Origin: Dubosiella newyorkensis
GTDB lineage: Bacteria > Bacillota_I > Bacilli_A > Erysipelotrichales > Erysipelotrichaceae
Direction: 5' to 3'
Length of the DNA: 32,000 bases
Assembly (NCBI RefSeq): GCF_001945605.1
Contig: NZ_MPKA01000065.1
Coordinates: forward strand, 30,001 to 62,000
Shown here: positions 12,001-17,812 of the stretch, one piece after another
How positions within the stretch are numbered: the first letter of the stretch is position 1
How the letters are laid out: each line of letters opens with the position of its first letter
Notes under the pieces: model-generated
Databases searched by the model: none
What the model was told of the DNA's origin: nothing
What the model saw: only the letters and a program-made list of their open reading frames with translations
Program-made: the position numbers and the translations under genes

Positions 12001-13393
12001 TTTTTAAAGTTCCTGTGTTTGCGGTATTTCCACTTGTAGCATCCAAAACAACTTTCCCCGTAATGATCGGTGTACTTTCAATCTTGTCATATTGATCATC
12101 CGTTTCAACTCTTTCCATATTTTCATTAAGAGTATACGTTTTAATTTGAAGCTTGTTGTTTAAACTTGTATCGATCTTTTTATTCCATAAAGTGGTGTCT
12201 GGAGCCAAAATAATATTAAAGCTCGTGATCTGCGCGGTATGATGAAGTGAATAAACGATCGTGCCCGATCGTGGATGGTAATCTCCATATTTTCCATCGT
12301 TTTGACTTTTTAATCCCGACAAGGAGGCAGGTTCTACCCCTTCCACCTGTCCTTCCGAAGAGTTTGGAGTTGGATATTCTTTCACCACTAGGCCATCAGG
12401 AACGACGATTTCCACTTTTTTGTTTTGCAAATTTAATTCACTTTCCACCTCGATGTGCAAAGTGACTTGCTTGGTATAGTCAATCTTGAAACTGTGATTG
12501 CCGTTATCGTCATTAGTCAAAAGATCTTGTTTGACGTCATTCGCAATACCACCTCTAATTTCCGCCGTTTTGATTGCCATTTTTTTAGAGGTTGCTTCCA
12601 GTACAGAAGTCGAATCTTCATTCCCTTCCGCTAGCGTATTTTGCTTTTCTTTTTTTGATAAATCATTTTCAGTGGTTTCACCTTGATTATTCTCATCGGC
12701 AATAGCGCTACCCTCTTGCTGAGATTCATTTTCCAAGCCTTCTTTTTCTTGCTGTTCCTCTTCCTCCTGCCAGGCTTTCGCTTCCATGAAATCCTGGTAG
12801 GCGTTTGTCACCACGGTATAAAGCTTGGACAATGTTTGCTCGTCGGCTTGTCCGCTCTCCTCGATTTGCCCATCAAGCGCGTTCAGATGGCTGATTATGG
12901 CCTCTTCCTGTTTGAGCACGGCTTCCATAAAACCGTATTCGTCTTCTTCTAGCTGCGTGAGTTCATCCTCGTTCAAGGCGACGTAGGTGTCGTATGCGTG
13001 TTCTATACGCGTATAGACGGCTTGCAGTGGATCATCTTCCGCGCTTTCCTCTTTGAGGATGGCGATGATGTCTGCGATGTTCCTTTGCAAACATGTTATA
13101 CAGCGGTACTGGCACGGGTTCGTGCCGCACTGATCGTTATGTTCCGGATGATGCGCACAAAGGCCTTCCGTATTTTCTCCTTCGCTCCATTCCTTTTGTT
13201 CGATTGGTTCCTCTACAGACTGTTCTTCCACGATAACAGGCTCTTCTTCGCCTTCCTGCGCCCAAACGGGTATATGAATCGTGTTGGTAACGCTCAAAAG
13301 TGCGCAAAGTGATGTGGCAAGGAGTTTTCTTCCCATCGCTATGATCACTTTCCGCTCGTCAGTTCTTTGAAGCTTTTTCTTCTTCATCTTCAT
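1..13393 (-). CDS. giant secreted / cell-surface repeat protein, N-terminal part only (>=4,464 aa; C-terminus lies left of the window)
   Basis: Hand translation of the minus strand, line by line, from ATG 13393 (second ATG at 13387; SD AAAGGAG = plus 13397-13403) down to base 2 met no stop codon. Frame check: the start codon and the Trp codons of the recurring GW motif (first bases 8638, 5200, 2392, 511, 220) are all = 1 mod 3. Every minus-strand ORF the track lists inside 1-13400 starts at a coordinate = 0 or 2 mod 3. The ORF leaves the window, so no stop codon or C-terminal anchor is visible; this is presumably why the track omits it. Confidence 0.9.
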   Translation of the reverse strand, partial: MKMKKKKLQRTDERKVIIAMGRKLLATSLCALLSVTNTIHIPVWAQEGEEEPVIVEEQSVEEPIEQKEWSEGENTEGLCAHHPEHNDQCGTNPCQYRCITCLQRNIADIIAILKEESAEDDPLQAVYTRIEHAYDTYVALNEDELTQLEEDEYGFMEAVLKQEEAIISHLNALDGQIEESGQADEQTLSKLYTVVTNAYQDFMEAKAWQEEEEQQEKEGLENESQQEGSAIADENNQGETTENDLSKKEKQNTLAEGNEDSTSVLEATSKKMAIKTAEIRGGIANDVKQDLLTNDDNGNHSFKIDYTKQVTLHIEVESELNLQNKKVEIVVPDGLVVKEYPTPNSSEGQVEGVEPASLSGLKSQNDGKYGDYHPRSGTIVYSLHHTAQITSFNIILAPDTTLWNKKIDTSLNNKLQIKTYTLNENMERVETDDQYDKIESTPIITGKVVLDATSGNTANTGTLKTGPMISTKDDKTQFTTALNEEFKLRKIWFRSDKENYSLGMFFKKLTFDISLPYFEKSDGKRVYASYKRTEYSVSNPSNQSQLGLYDPKQPVVSKPKDQSGKGVVTLTWENIYIPSDEFFTPYFFWETEAPTAGTTIHWGEDRGNTENVYDSFHTKESEIVRGKPTIVGTVEHWDQQSDTDSNKQIANWEFKAKSFTANTGAKMYVGANNITPGVYKGNQVDSNIIYNLGGFQVVNKGTQASSPMTLTFTYNNTDKIGVVAQRIPATIGNTVNIKYTTTKHSEERDISSLRSENGYVLFNAKAAGLEEGEYFTNIIADVGSYDTDYRSYVNGRPLDPAGFAMTFGKLLNVSEGDNVEFATLKMAKTDNQEDKAEFDGNTTNEATSSIVIYDNFKNDQNDVQNKGEGIPLGIKNALDERRVSTPVLSTSSTVAGNNVNFDCEIGAMGYPYTTINISTSPIIYIRLPKKISIENLQLIQESGSTADEIFLTGEEIETGTVTETVLQRDVDYQISNPEDKGNFNLYKITFTKGKGWIGWFTEDLGQYRVRMVFTMQIAKDADAMTLDMRDCVRVKDANVPSYHDSRSATINLYTEQDTFDMDGDNDTAEYFSTFNINSSDTKLSIVAGRQGLTFGFDAKLCPDEKDCDCARTEGHEDSGYVNFDNTGEKVFLKDSDENIDLRFTIRNNTGRGFSEEDAKKFYYFIPVPKKGDFWDSHVQDNPFDFDMEMTGPARIAEDAHKGVRVQYSTTVDSKAKIGDTSHYNNINNYKSAEEIKDNEWKDVKMIRISVDPDYLDALTTQEQKANAIPKDAYIKIFLHYKQVDHDKLVGKVVNFGPCGYAPYSVGEATNGGHIPLPHIQIEFQTGIIAGTTFLDKNYNGIYNEGIDEIYTTPVKVEAPHESGIAQGDHESHETTTVNGKFELTGRRADKYPVRIINPGSPNANDNDPMQFSLPTSSEYGTFHSDDGKSATATIEVGKDGKADTNRNLWIGFQKPHQVTFKASNAHIGTDETTSISRNVWHGEQFSQDNKIPAILPEEGYKFTGNWIGTDQDGAEKKYTASEVKEMKIDSNQIFTAEVKKIYKLQFDGNGKSGGTVPSTEQHLEGDQFALGQGSNLQRGEALLVGWSEVPISNVLNENTSQEIQDIIHSFDSFTMPATDITLYAVWAKDANKNGSPDYNDNSVHVKYHSNKPDKEDQVISCLDHHVPNEPDVRLTPTAIVQGMNAEGKQVSYDFNEEKDEVVFLGWSETKHDLVETNETSQSVKTVTEVTMGADGKDVYAVWALDSNNNDTPDYEEWVHITYDLNGGKGNIVDTDHHFPEAKVQLSSDKPIYDSIDGKSVVFLGWSLEKKGIYSRADSDPSAELIKAATLGTKDLVVYAAWGYDEDANGKADVLEKYTLKYDVNGGKGSVPEAQTNISKRTQVSVSYELKPTRDDLDGQKVVFAGWSRTQSNKIFSANEVEELKSILITSEKIWIDAADVTLYAVWAKDTNANGIPDYTELVKVSYDGNAQQSGIVSSLPNASLHLPGSVAGLDFSKTPIHSDVNGKKVVFIGWTTKKDEKIYQEADTTPTTEKKITIPESTNGKKPADQIVYAVWGYDEDANGKADVLETFTLSYDLNGGSGTRPERVSNLKKGTSVNLAEGKNLKRKSKEIFVGWGITPVVEALDASTKEETINQILQANSNYSMPRQNIVLYAIWAMDINENGTPDYNETKYQVQYNANNGQANESVNCSHQHVAKETCALLKNASNGTLRFTKEHAVFIGWSKTQHQKNIQTTAEAKKAGIITELQITDGENKVYAVWAEDKNSNGSADFTETGYSILYHSNNDKGMVIRCGHHHVEKEAVTLFEPDQLVGSEDDINASAPHTFTRDQAVLIGWSKEKKQELVTSFSEKETAGIITQIDSMPASDQDVYAVWAIDQNKNGTPDYDESLYTLTFDANGGSIKASSSTYLYGETITLSKEPIHTDPQLVFAGWSETKLKPLSAGDQRPSLITKTYKMPNHDTTLYAVWTKDINRNGIADYLERSLTLNYDGNGSGATINGLPASSKNHVAGEQVELSQEKPSYGIDNVVFLGWSEKKSDSIYRANDPQPTLINTIRFGGKDLTVYAAWGYDSNKDGIADIDTSYIVSYDPNGGTGTIPQPSSHRAQESFTLHNHTNLVRQNCLFVGWSTKKINKVLDEDASPDDINSIIAADDYTMPSHDVTFYAVWAIDSNHNGKPDYADQAVHVRYHANNGTDQTFTCSHHHVVGTEATLFRTAPDGFTKSNALFVGWSLEKHEDIRTKGQLETVKFVESLEMKRSQNNVYAVWVTDSNGDGVADYEALYLVSYSPNGAIGNAPASSSHHEGDIVHIVQQVNELKKDGAIFAGWSETPINQTFSAQADPTLVKQIMTNYTMSMPSRNVTLYAVWAEDQNGDSIPDYGQNAHHVRYHANNGTSDTLECAHHHLEGTKAELVADAMNLYGKLNQSDTNKNHSFTMEDAVFMGWTTIKPESSIQSSEEEIKKYSIVSSITIQKEGNDIYALWAKDINHNGTADFLEHVKVTYEANAKESDVQNMPNDTDIHLPGDTIQLTGKPTCQNIDDTPVVFIGWTKKQNPSIVKRTDTLPQTLEELTFGKKDETVYALWGTDTNNDGTADVFDTYTLTYDLNGGKGIVPKPQNNIAKASNITISSKNDYTRNPKEVFVGWSLQKHKDPLKKSAEVLAPNSLYVMPVKDITLYAVWAQDNNGNGIADFYEKSLTIHYEGNAQNQGVLNNVPSDSTNHIVGETVTLEKKLPTHSAVDGKSIVCLGWSKELTDTIYKREDPLPDLIDQISLSDHDETLYAAWGYDSNHDGRADILDTYQVQYDANGGHGLDLATKKYRANESYTILHPQKTFKKDDLVFAGWSLEKLDTILKVDSNIEILKKLVTDDTPIMPYHDVTYYAVWAKDEDHDGTPDFAQNAAHIYYHANNVEEGEPELVVICPHHHLNGMNAELAQNANALYGSTEKDEHLKNYTFQKENAVFIGWSSQRIDLVDSKEKQQSLHLLDQVVLSTKAKTTNGSDVYAVWAIDTNQNNIPDYEEWIHLTYNANGGKDNSMPVDTKNYFPQANVPLIEEGKMAHRDENESAIVFIGWTSQKEDHIFKREEKAPTTIHTLTLQDKDATVYAAWGYDSNRDGIADVLETYSLAYDLNQGKGKRPESLTGLKKGAAIQLASESLLTRNEDEVFVGWSETQEKNAIEADATKSQLDLIKKPGSAWVVGPDDQILYAVWAKDHNHNGIADYMEKRFTLFYEGNAQNEGTVTSLPTSSKNHILNDRVTLVAKSPEHSDVNGVPVKFIGWSQQKIDHIFEREDPMPSTIQMITFESQDIHVYALWGYDRDGNGKADLLKDYTLSYDLNGKEGTVPSPQTVKAGSKIILEHPQGLKKGDAIFAGWSTEKIDLIVNVDPDIEILKTIVTNDEYMMPSNDVIVYALWAEDLDHNGIPDYAEKAVHISYHSNTGDEEQVVICPHHHIVQTKAVLSSSAQHLYGRTKEDATIKNHSFKKEKALFVGWSKTPQNDIETLEDHAKISQELLDSEIVLEDVNDVYAVWASDRNENGVADHQEFVRLNYDANAKEGLVKNLPESRKQCLPGATIVLEGEPVHEAVDGIQVKFIGWSQEALPILERKDEDPTSLLVQEVKLENHDLTVYAVWGYDTDQNGIADVLETYTLSYHLNGGRGELPTHVDPIKKGEQVSIFDQQAFVRSEDEVFVGWSLQQHEEAVDGKLYEKLKFSDKDLTMPANNVTLYALWAQDANQNGVADFKEMVQLIYNANTNSIGKAHGMPSRSFHLPGDTITLSQKKPTMSVNDGKCVVWIGWSEKALPIYSREDEDPENHLIKEVELIDQDQIVYAVWGYDLDRNGIADVFDTYSVYYDLNGGKGGDQKTQTNVKKGTKITVPNSDDLTRNENEVFAGWSLSKHEQAFGLDQNEELESLRVKEPVTMEAKDLTFYALWKKVDPEKEPTFTITYDLNGGSWNDPTTFTYPKG
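9040..9420 (-). other. SdrD-B / Cna-B-like (prealbumin-fold) domain inside the giant protein
   Basis: GIIAGTTFLDKNYNGIYNEGIDE...HETTTVNGKFELTGRRADKYPVRIINPG...NRNLWIGF resembles the GxIxGxx(W/F)xDxNxNG ... TTxxxGx(Y/F)x(F/L) ... YxV pattern of SdrD B-like repeats. Recognition is by eye only. Confidence 0.5.
13259..13393 (-). other. predicted Sec signal peptide of the giant protein (aa 1-45)
   Basis: Basic n-region MKMKKKKLQRTDERKVIIAMGRK, hydrophobic core LLATSLCALLSV, c-region ending VWA followed by QEGEEE. Starting at Met20 (ATG 13336) would give a more canonical length but has a weaker SD. Confidence 0.6.
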
Positions 13394-13454
13394 AATCTCC
13401 TTTCAACCTATCCATGACTTATCTGAAAATACTTTCTTAAATTCCTTTTTTAAA

Positions 13455-13483
13455 ATTATACTTATTTTTTTGACTTCAATCAA
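13455..13483 (-). promoter_or_regulatory. sigma-A-type promoter of the giant gene
   Basis: On the minus strand: TTGATT (13483-13478), a 17-nt spacer, then TATAAT (13460-13455). It lies ~60 nt upstream of the SD/ATG and downstream of the leuS terminator. Confidence 0.6.
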
Positions 13484-13534
13484 ATTAATTTGCGTTTTTC
13501 AAGCTTTTTACTTCAATTGTATTAAAAATGTTAC

Positions 13535-13569
13535 GACAAAAAAAGACTGCTACATTTTCTTAGCAGTCT
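13535..13569 (-). terminator. rho-independent terminator of leuS
   Basis: 9-bp perfect stem AGACTGCTA / TAGCAGTCT (13544-13552 with 13561-13569), 8-nt loop, then a run of T on the transcribed strand (plus-strand A run 13535-13543). It starts 9 nt after the leuS stop. Confidence 0.85.
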
Positions 13570-13577
13570 AGATTGAT

Positions 13578-15974
13578 TTATTTCGCGACAATATTGACAA
13601 CTTTGCCTTTGACCACGATGATCTTCTTGATCTCTTTGCCCTCGATATGGCGTTTGACCGAATCCAGTCCCAGAGCCTGCTCCTTCAAGCTCTCGTCATC
13701 CGAGCCTTGCTTCGTTTCGAATTTGCCACGCACTTTGCCGTTGACCTGCACGACGATCGTCACATTCTCTTCTTTAAGAGCGTTTTCATCATACGTAGGC
13801 CAAGGCTCATACGCGATCGATTCCTTCGAATCCGTTAAATACTGCCACAACTCTTCGCCAAGATGGGGAGCGAACGCCGAAAACATCTTCACGAACCCTT
13901 CCGCATATGGACGATACAGCTTCTTGCTTTTGTAAGCTTCATTCACGAAAATCATCATCTGCGAAATCGCCGTATTGAAGTTGAGTGTATCGATATCATG
14001 CGAAACCTTCTTCACCGTCTGGTTATAGACTTTATCCAAGCTATGATCGTTGACGTCACTGATTTCAACAGCTCCATGGATCAAACGATCCACCCGGTCC
14101 AGCCATTTTCTCGTTCCGTCCAGACCCGTCGTCGACCAAGGAAGACCCGCTTCCAAAGGACCCATGAACATCTCGTAAACGCGCAAAGCATCCGCCCCAT
14201 GACTTTCCACGATCTCATCCGGATTGACGACATTGCCTCTCGACTTCGACATCTTCTCGCCATTGCTTCCAAGGATCATCCCTTGATGGAACAGTTTTTG
14301 GAAAGGTTCTGGTGTAGGAAGGATTCCTTGATCATATAACACTTTATGCCAGAAACGGCTATACAACAAATGTAAGACCGCATGCTCCGCGCCACCTACA
14401 TACAAATCGACCGGCAGCCAATGTTTCAATAGCTCAGGATCCCCGATCGCCTTGTCGTTATGCGGATCGATATAACGCAAATAATACCAGCAGCTGCCAG
14501 CCCATTGCGGCATCGTATTCGTCTCGCGTACGCCCTTCACACCATCGATCTCCACATGTAAGAAGTCCGGACAATTGGCCAAAGGCGATTCTCCCGTGTC
14601 CGCTGGCTTGAAGTTTTCCGTGGCAGGAAGCTCCAAAGGAAGTTCTTCAACATCGACCGTGCGCATCGTACCATCCTCCATATGGATGATCGGGATCGGC
14701 TCGCCCCAATAGCGCTGTCTAGAAAAGAGCCAGTCTCTTAACTTATATGTCGTCTTTGCTTCGCCAACACCCTTCTCTTCTAGCCACTCGATCATTTTAT
14801 CGATCGCCTCTTGCTTGCCAAGACCATTCAGCCATTCCGAATTGATATGGACACCATCTTCTGTGAACGCTTCCTTTTCGATATCGCCACCCTCCAAAAC
14901 AGGAATGATCGGAAGCCCAAACTCTTTCGCGAACTCATAATCCCGCGTATCGTGAGCAGGAACCGCCATGATCGCACCCGTACCATAGCTTGCAAGAACG
15001 TAATCCGAAATATAGATCGGGATCTTCTTGCCATTGACAGGATTGATCGCATAAGCGCCCGTGAATACACCCGTCTTGTCTTTGTTCAGATCCGTACGCT
15101 CCAGATCCGACTTGCTTTGGCACTCCTTTTGATACGCCTCGACTGCCTCTTTTTGCTTAGGCGTCGTGATATCGCTCACAAAAGGATGTTCCGGAGCCAT
15201 GACACAATACGTCGCTCCAAACAATGTGTCGCAACGCGTCGTGAACACGGTAAACTCTTTATCGTGTCCATCGATCTTGAAGACGACATTCGCGCCCTTC
15301 GATTTACCGATCCAGTTTCGCTGCATTTCCTTTGTCGACTCAGGCCAGTCCACGAGCTCAAGATCATTCAAAAGCTGTTCGGCATAATCCGTGATCTTCA
15401 AGACCCATTGACGCATCGGCTTGCGAATGACAGGATAGCCGCCGCGCTCGCTCTTTCCATCAATGACCTCTTCGTTGGCGAGGACCGCCTTCAATTCAGG
15501 ACACCAATTGACCGGGATCTCATCCACATAGGCAAGCCCCGCATTGTACAATTGAATGAAGATCCACTGCGTCCATTTATAATAGCTCGGATCGCTTGTC
15601 GCGATTTCCCGATCCCAATCGTAGCTGAACCCTAATGATTTGATCTGATCGCGAAAATGATCGATATTCTGCTGGGTGAAGATCGAAGGATGATGACCCG
15701 TCTGGATCGCGAACTGCTCAGCTGGAAGACCAAACGAATCAAACCCCATCGGATGCAGAACGTTGAAACCTTCCATTCTCTTTTTTCGCGCGATAATATC
15801 TGTCGCCGTATAGCCTTCCGGATGCCCTACATGTAATCCATTTCCGCTCGGATATGGAAACATATCCAACACATAATACTTTGGTTTGGAAAAATCCGCC
15901 GTATCGGTCTTGAACGTTTTATTGTCTTCCCAAACTTTTTGCCACTTCTTCTCAATAGTCTTGTGATCGTACAT
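13578..15974 (-). CDS. leuS: leucine--tRNA ligase
   Basis: Track ORF 13578..16076. It contains the class I synthetase HIGH ([14 protein letters not shown]) and KMSKS (EKMSKSRGN) motifs and overall LeuS-like sequence. I place the start at [15 protein letters not shown] (ATG 15974, SD AGAGGT 7 nt upstream). The 34-codon upstream extension runs through the T-box terminator. Confidence 0.97.
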   Translation of the reverse strand: MYDHKTIEKKWQKVWEDNKTFKTDTADFSKPKYYVLDMFPYPSGNGLHVGHPEGYTATDIIARKKRMEGFNVLHPMGFDSFGLPAEQFAIQTGHHPSIFTQQNIDHFRDQIKSLGFSYDWDREIATSDPSYYKWTQWIFIQLYNAGLAYVDEIPVNWCPELKAVLANEEVIDGKSERGGYPVIRKPMRQWVLKITDYAEQLLNDLELVDWPESTKEMQRNWIGKSKGANVVFKIDGHDKEFTVFTTRCDTLFGATYCVMAPEHPFVSDITTPKQKEAVEAYQKECQSKSDLERTDLNKDKTGVFTGAYAINPVNGKKIPIYISDYVLASYGTGAIMAVPAHDTRDYEFAKEFGLPIIPVLEGGDIEKEAFTEDGVHINSEWLNGLGKQEAIDKMIEWLEEKGVGEAKTTYKLRDWLFSRQRYWGEPIPIIHMEDGTMRTVDVEELPLELPATENFKPADTGESPLANCPDFLHVEIDGVKGVRETNTMPQWAGSCWYYLRYIDPHNDKAIGDPELLKHWLPVDLYVGGAEHAVLHLLYSRFWHKVLYDQGILPTPEPFQKLFHQGMILGSNGEKMSKSRGNVVNPDEIVESHGADALRVYEMFMGPLEAGLPWSTTGLDGTRKWLDRVDRLIHGAVEISDVNDHSLDKVYNQTVKKVSHDIDTLNFNTAISQMMIFVNEAYKSKKLYRPYAEGFVKMFSAFAPHLGEELWQYLTDSKESIAYEPWPTYDENALKEENVTIVVQVNGKVRGKFETKQGSDDESLKEQALGLDSVKRHIEGKEIKKIIVVKGKVVNIVAK

Positions 15975-16005
15975 CGTATCTACCTCTATTCTCTCTAAAT
16001 AAAAT

Positions 16006-16214
16006 AAAAAAAACGCCCTTAACGATAAGGACGTTTGCACGCGGTACCACCTTACTTCTTGCCAAAAGGCAAGCACTCATTCCCTTTAACGCAAGGATCA
16101 CGGTTTCCATTACGAAACAGCTCCCCGACGAGTTCAAAGCCTTCCAACAAGGATTTTCACCAACCATCCTCTCTCTAGCGAATTCCAGCCTCTACTGCTT
16201 CGGTTCTATACCTG
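16006..16214 (-). promoter_or_regulatory. T-box riboswitch leader (Leu specifier) with intrinsic terminator
   Basis: Minus strand shows AGUAGA and AGAGAG elements, a GGUGAAAAUCC distal-loop-like element, and a specifier context GAA-CUC-G (CUC at 16132-16130, a Leu codon). The conserved T-box sequence AAGGUGGUACCGCG lies at 16053-16040. It is followed by a 10-bp terminator hairpin AACGUCCUUA/UAAGGGCGUU plus a U run (16036-16006). Confidence 0.85.
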
Positions 16215-16220
16215 TCTCAA

Positions 16221-16249
16221 AATGTAACAAATTTTCAAACATCCGTCAA
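16221..16249 (-). promoter_or_regulatory. sigma-A-type promoter of the leuS T-box leader
   Basis: On the minus strand: TTGACG (16249-16244), a 17-nt spacer, then TACATT (16226-16221). Confidence 0.55.
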
Positions 16250-16275
16250 CCTATCCTCAAACAAATGATTCAAAA

Positions 16276-16740
16276 TCATGCCTCAAACTCGATCTGATCG
16301 ATCTGTACACCCGAATAATAGATCCGAACCCTCTTAGAGAGACCCTCAAAACGATACTCGACATCCAAAAATGTAGTTTGATCCATGAATTCGATCGAGC
16401 CTTGCCTTGTCTCGTAGTTTTGATATAAGATCAGATCCGCCTCGTCAAACCCACACTTTCTTATCCTTTCATTGTGATAGAGGATCTTTTTCGCCTCGAA
16501 AACAATCGCCATTTCGATCCGGTTTTCCTTTTGCGCCAAATACAGCGCTTGACTTTTCGATACCGAAAGGCAAACAAAAGAAACAAGCTGGATCGAAAAC
16601 AAAAAAAGCACGATCGCCACTTGACTAATATAGGCGTTGGAACACTTGGAATTCTTCTTTGTCGATCGAGATATAGATTTTATCTTCCTCTTCATAAAAC
16701 ACGACTTTTTCCACATTCTCCAATAAGATCTCATAGCCAC
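16276..16740 (-). CDS. comGG: ComGG-like competence pseudopilus protein (start uncertain)
   Basis: Last ORF of the comG cluster, with a basic N-terminus then a TM segment VAIVLFLFSIQLVSFVCLSV. The track M at 16740 is a GTG. Alternative starts are ATG 16734 (SD AAGAGG), ATG 16695 and GTG 16620. Assignment rests on position and topology only. Confidence 0.4.
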   Translation of the reverse strand: MAMRSYWRMWKKSCFMKRKIKSISRSTKKNSKCSNAYISQVAIVLFLFSIQLVSFVCLSVSKSQALYLAQKENRIEMAIVFEAKKILYHNERIRKCGFDEADLILYQNYETRQGSIEFMDQTTFLDVEYRFEGLSKRVRIYYSGVQIDQIEFEA

Positions 16741-17014
16741 CTCTTTTTATGAGCCGATCTCGATCTTGCTCGATCCGATACGATTGATGAAAGATCGTCG
16801 CCTCAAGCGCCCCTTGATCCACTCTGATCGAAGAAGCCGGAGCTAGAAAACTGCGCAACTGCAGCACCAAGAACTCCCTTTGCGAATCGCGATGGTTTTT
16901 CACGATCTGACTAGCAACCTGCATGAATCCGCTCAACAGCCCGATCAGCAAAGAAACGACCAAAAGCGAAAACAACGCCTCAATCATCGTAAAGCCATTG
17001 GATCTCGATTTCAT
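16625..17014 (-). CDS. comGF: ComGF-like minor pseudopilin
   Basis: N-terminus MKSRSNG/FTMIEALFSLLVVSLLIG has a class III (prepilin) signal with Glu at +5. A G-rich SD (GGTGGGGG) precedes ATG 17014. It is sixth in the comG operon order. Confidence 0.6.
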   Translation of the reverse strand: MKSRSNGFTMIEALFSLLVVSLLIGLLSGFMQVASQIVKNHRDSQREFLVLQLRSFLAPASSIRVDQGALEATIFHQSYRIEQDRDRLIKRGGYEILLENVEKVVFYEEEDKIYISIDKEEFQVFQRLY

Positions 17015-17129
17015 GATCGACCCCCACCCCGCTTTTTCGATACACGAATACAGCCGAAGAAAACATCAAAACGAGCAAACTCACGATCAAAAAACCAAAC
17101 AAAGCATCCTGCAATAAAAAACCATTCAT
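16980..17129 (-). CDS. comGE: ComGE-like minor pseudopilin, short (49 aa from ATG 17129)
   Basis: MNG/FLLQDALFGFLIVSLLVLMF is prepilin-like. ATG 17129 overlaps the comGD stop (ATGA). The track ORF start at 17195 would overlap comGD by 70 nt. Confidence 0.45.
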   Translation of the reverse strand: MNGFLLQDALFGFLIVSLLVLMFSSAVFVYRKSGVGVDHEIEIQWLYDD

Positions 17130-17506
17130 TCTAGACGCATCCGCCCCATGCCGATCTGAAACACGAGCTGATAGCTTTTCTTTCCATCCACGCACCTTAA
17201 TGTTCCTCCCTTCGAAATATTGCCTTTCTCGTTATAGTGGAACGAAAGCGGCTCGCAAACAAAATCAGCAGGAAAAACGATCCTCTCCCTTCCAATATCC
17301 GCTTCCTTTTCACCAATCGCGACATCCTGTTTTTCCCGATACGAATAAGCGAGCATCTGCGCGCTCAAGCACGCTTCCTCGATCTTGTTCATGACAAGCT
17401 TGTTGCTCGCTCTAGGAATAGAAAAAGAAGAAAGGATCATGACGATCAAAAGCACGACCAAAGTCTCTTTCAGCGTAAAGGCATTATTCATGATTCGCCT
17501 GGCCAT
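17126..17506 (-). CDS. comGD: ComGD-like minor pseudopilin
   Basis: MARRIMNNA/FTLKETLVVLLIVMILSS is a prepilin-type leader plus a hydrophobic helix with Glu at +5. It is fourth in the operon. An alternative start is ATG 17491. Confidence 0.6.
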   Translation of the reverse strand: MARRIMNNAFTLKETLVVLLIVMILSSFSIPRASNKLVMNKIEEACLSAQMLAYSYREKQDVAIGEKEADIGRERIVFPADFVCEPLSFHYNEKGNISKGGTLRCVDGKKSYQLVFQIGMGRMRLE

Positions 17507-17801
17507 CTTGAATATAGATCGCCTTGCCGTTTGGACACGCGTTTTGTCCTTCTTTCAAATAGCCTTGAGCGATCAGATCATCGATACTTGTCGGCGTTTC
17601 TTCTTGATCGATCTCATACAACAAGATCGCCGAGTTGACGACCTCGATCAAGGCGCTACACCCTTTATTGCGGATGATCTTCTCCTTTTGCTGCAAGTTT
17701 GGCAAAGTCAAGATCAAGACGATCGCGATAATGAGCATCACCACGAGCATTTCTAAAAGCGTAAACGCGTTTTGTTTTTGAGTTTTATTTCTTAGTTTCA
17801 T
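17484..17801 (-). CDS. comGC: ComGC major competence pseudopilin
   Basis: MKLRNKTQKQNA/FTLLEMLVVMLIIAIVLILTLPN is a prepilin signal. ATG 17801 is preceded by GAGGGA 6 nt upstream and lies just after the comGB stop. The track ORF (to 18020) adds 73 codons that overlap comGB. Confidence 0.85.
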   Translation of the reverse strand: MKLRNKTQKQNAFTLLEMLVVMLIIAIVLILTLPNLQQKEKIIRNKGCSALIEVVNSAILLYEIDQEETPTSIDDLIAQGYLKEGQNACPNGKAIYIQDGQANHE

Positions 17802-17812
17802 ATCCATTCCCT

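Noticed and set aside
419-13312. Dozens of short plus-strand (and off-frame minus-strand) track ORFs with recurring peptide strings such as APANK, TPANK, APSNK and RPSDK.
   Set aside because: They are antisense or off-frame shadows of the giant minus-strand ORF. The recurring strings are the reverse-complement reading of the conserved F-x-G-W-S codons. None has an SD or independent support.
15975-16076. 34-codon N-terminal extension of the leuS track ORF, and the 71-aa ORF 15952..16167.
   Set aside because: Both run through the T-box terminator and leader. Conserved LeuS sequence starts at [11 protein letters not shown], which has its own SD.
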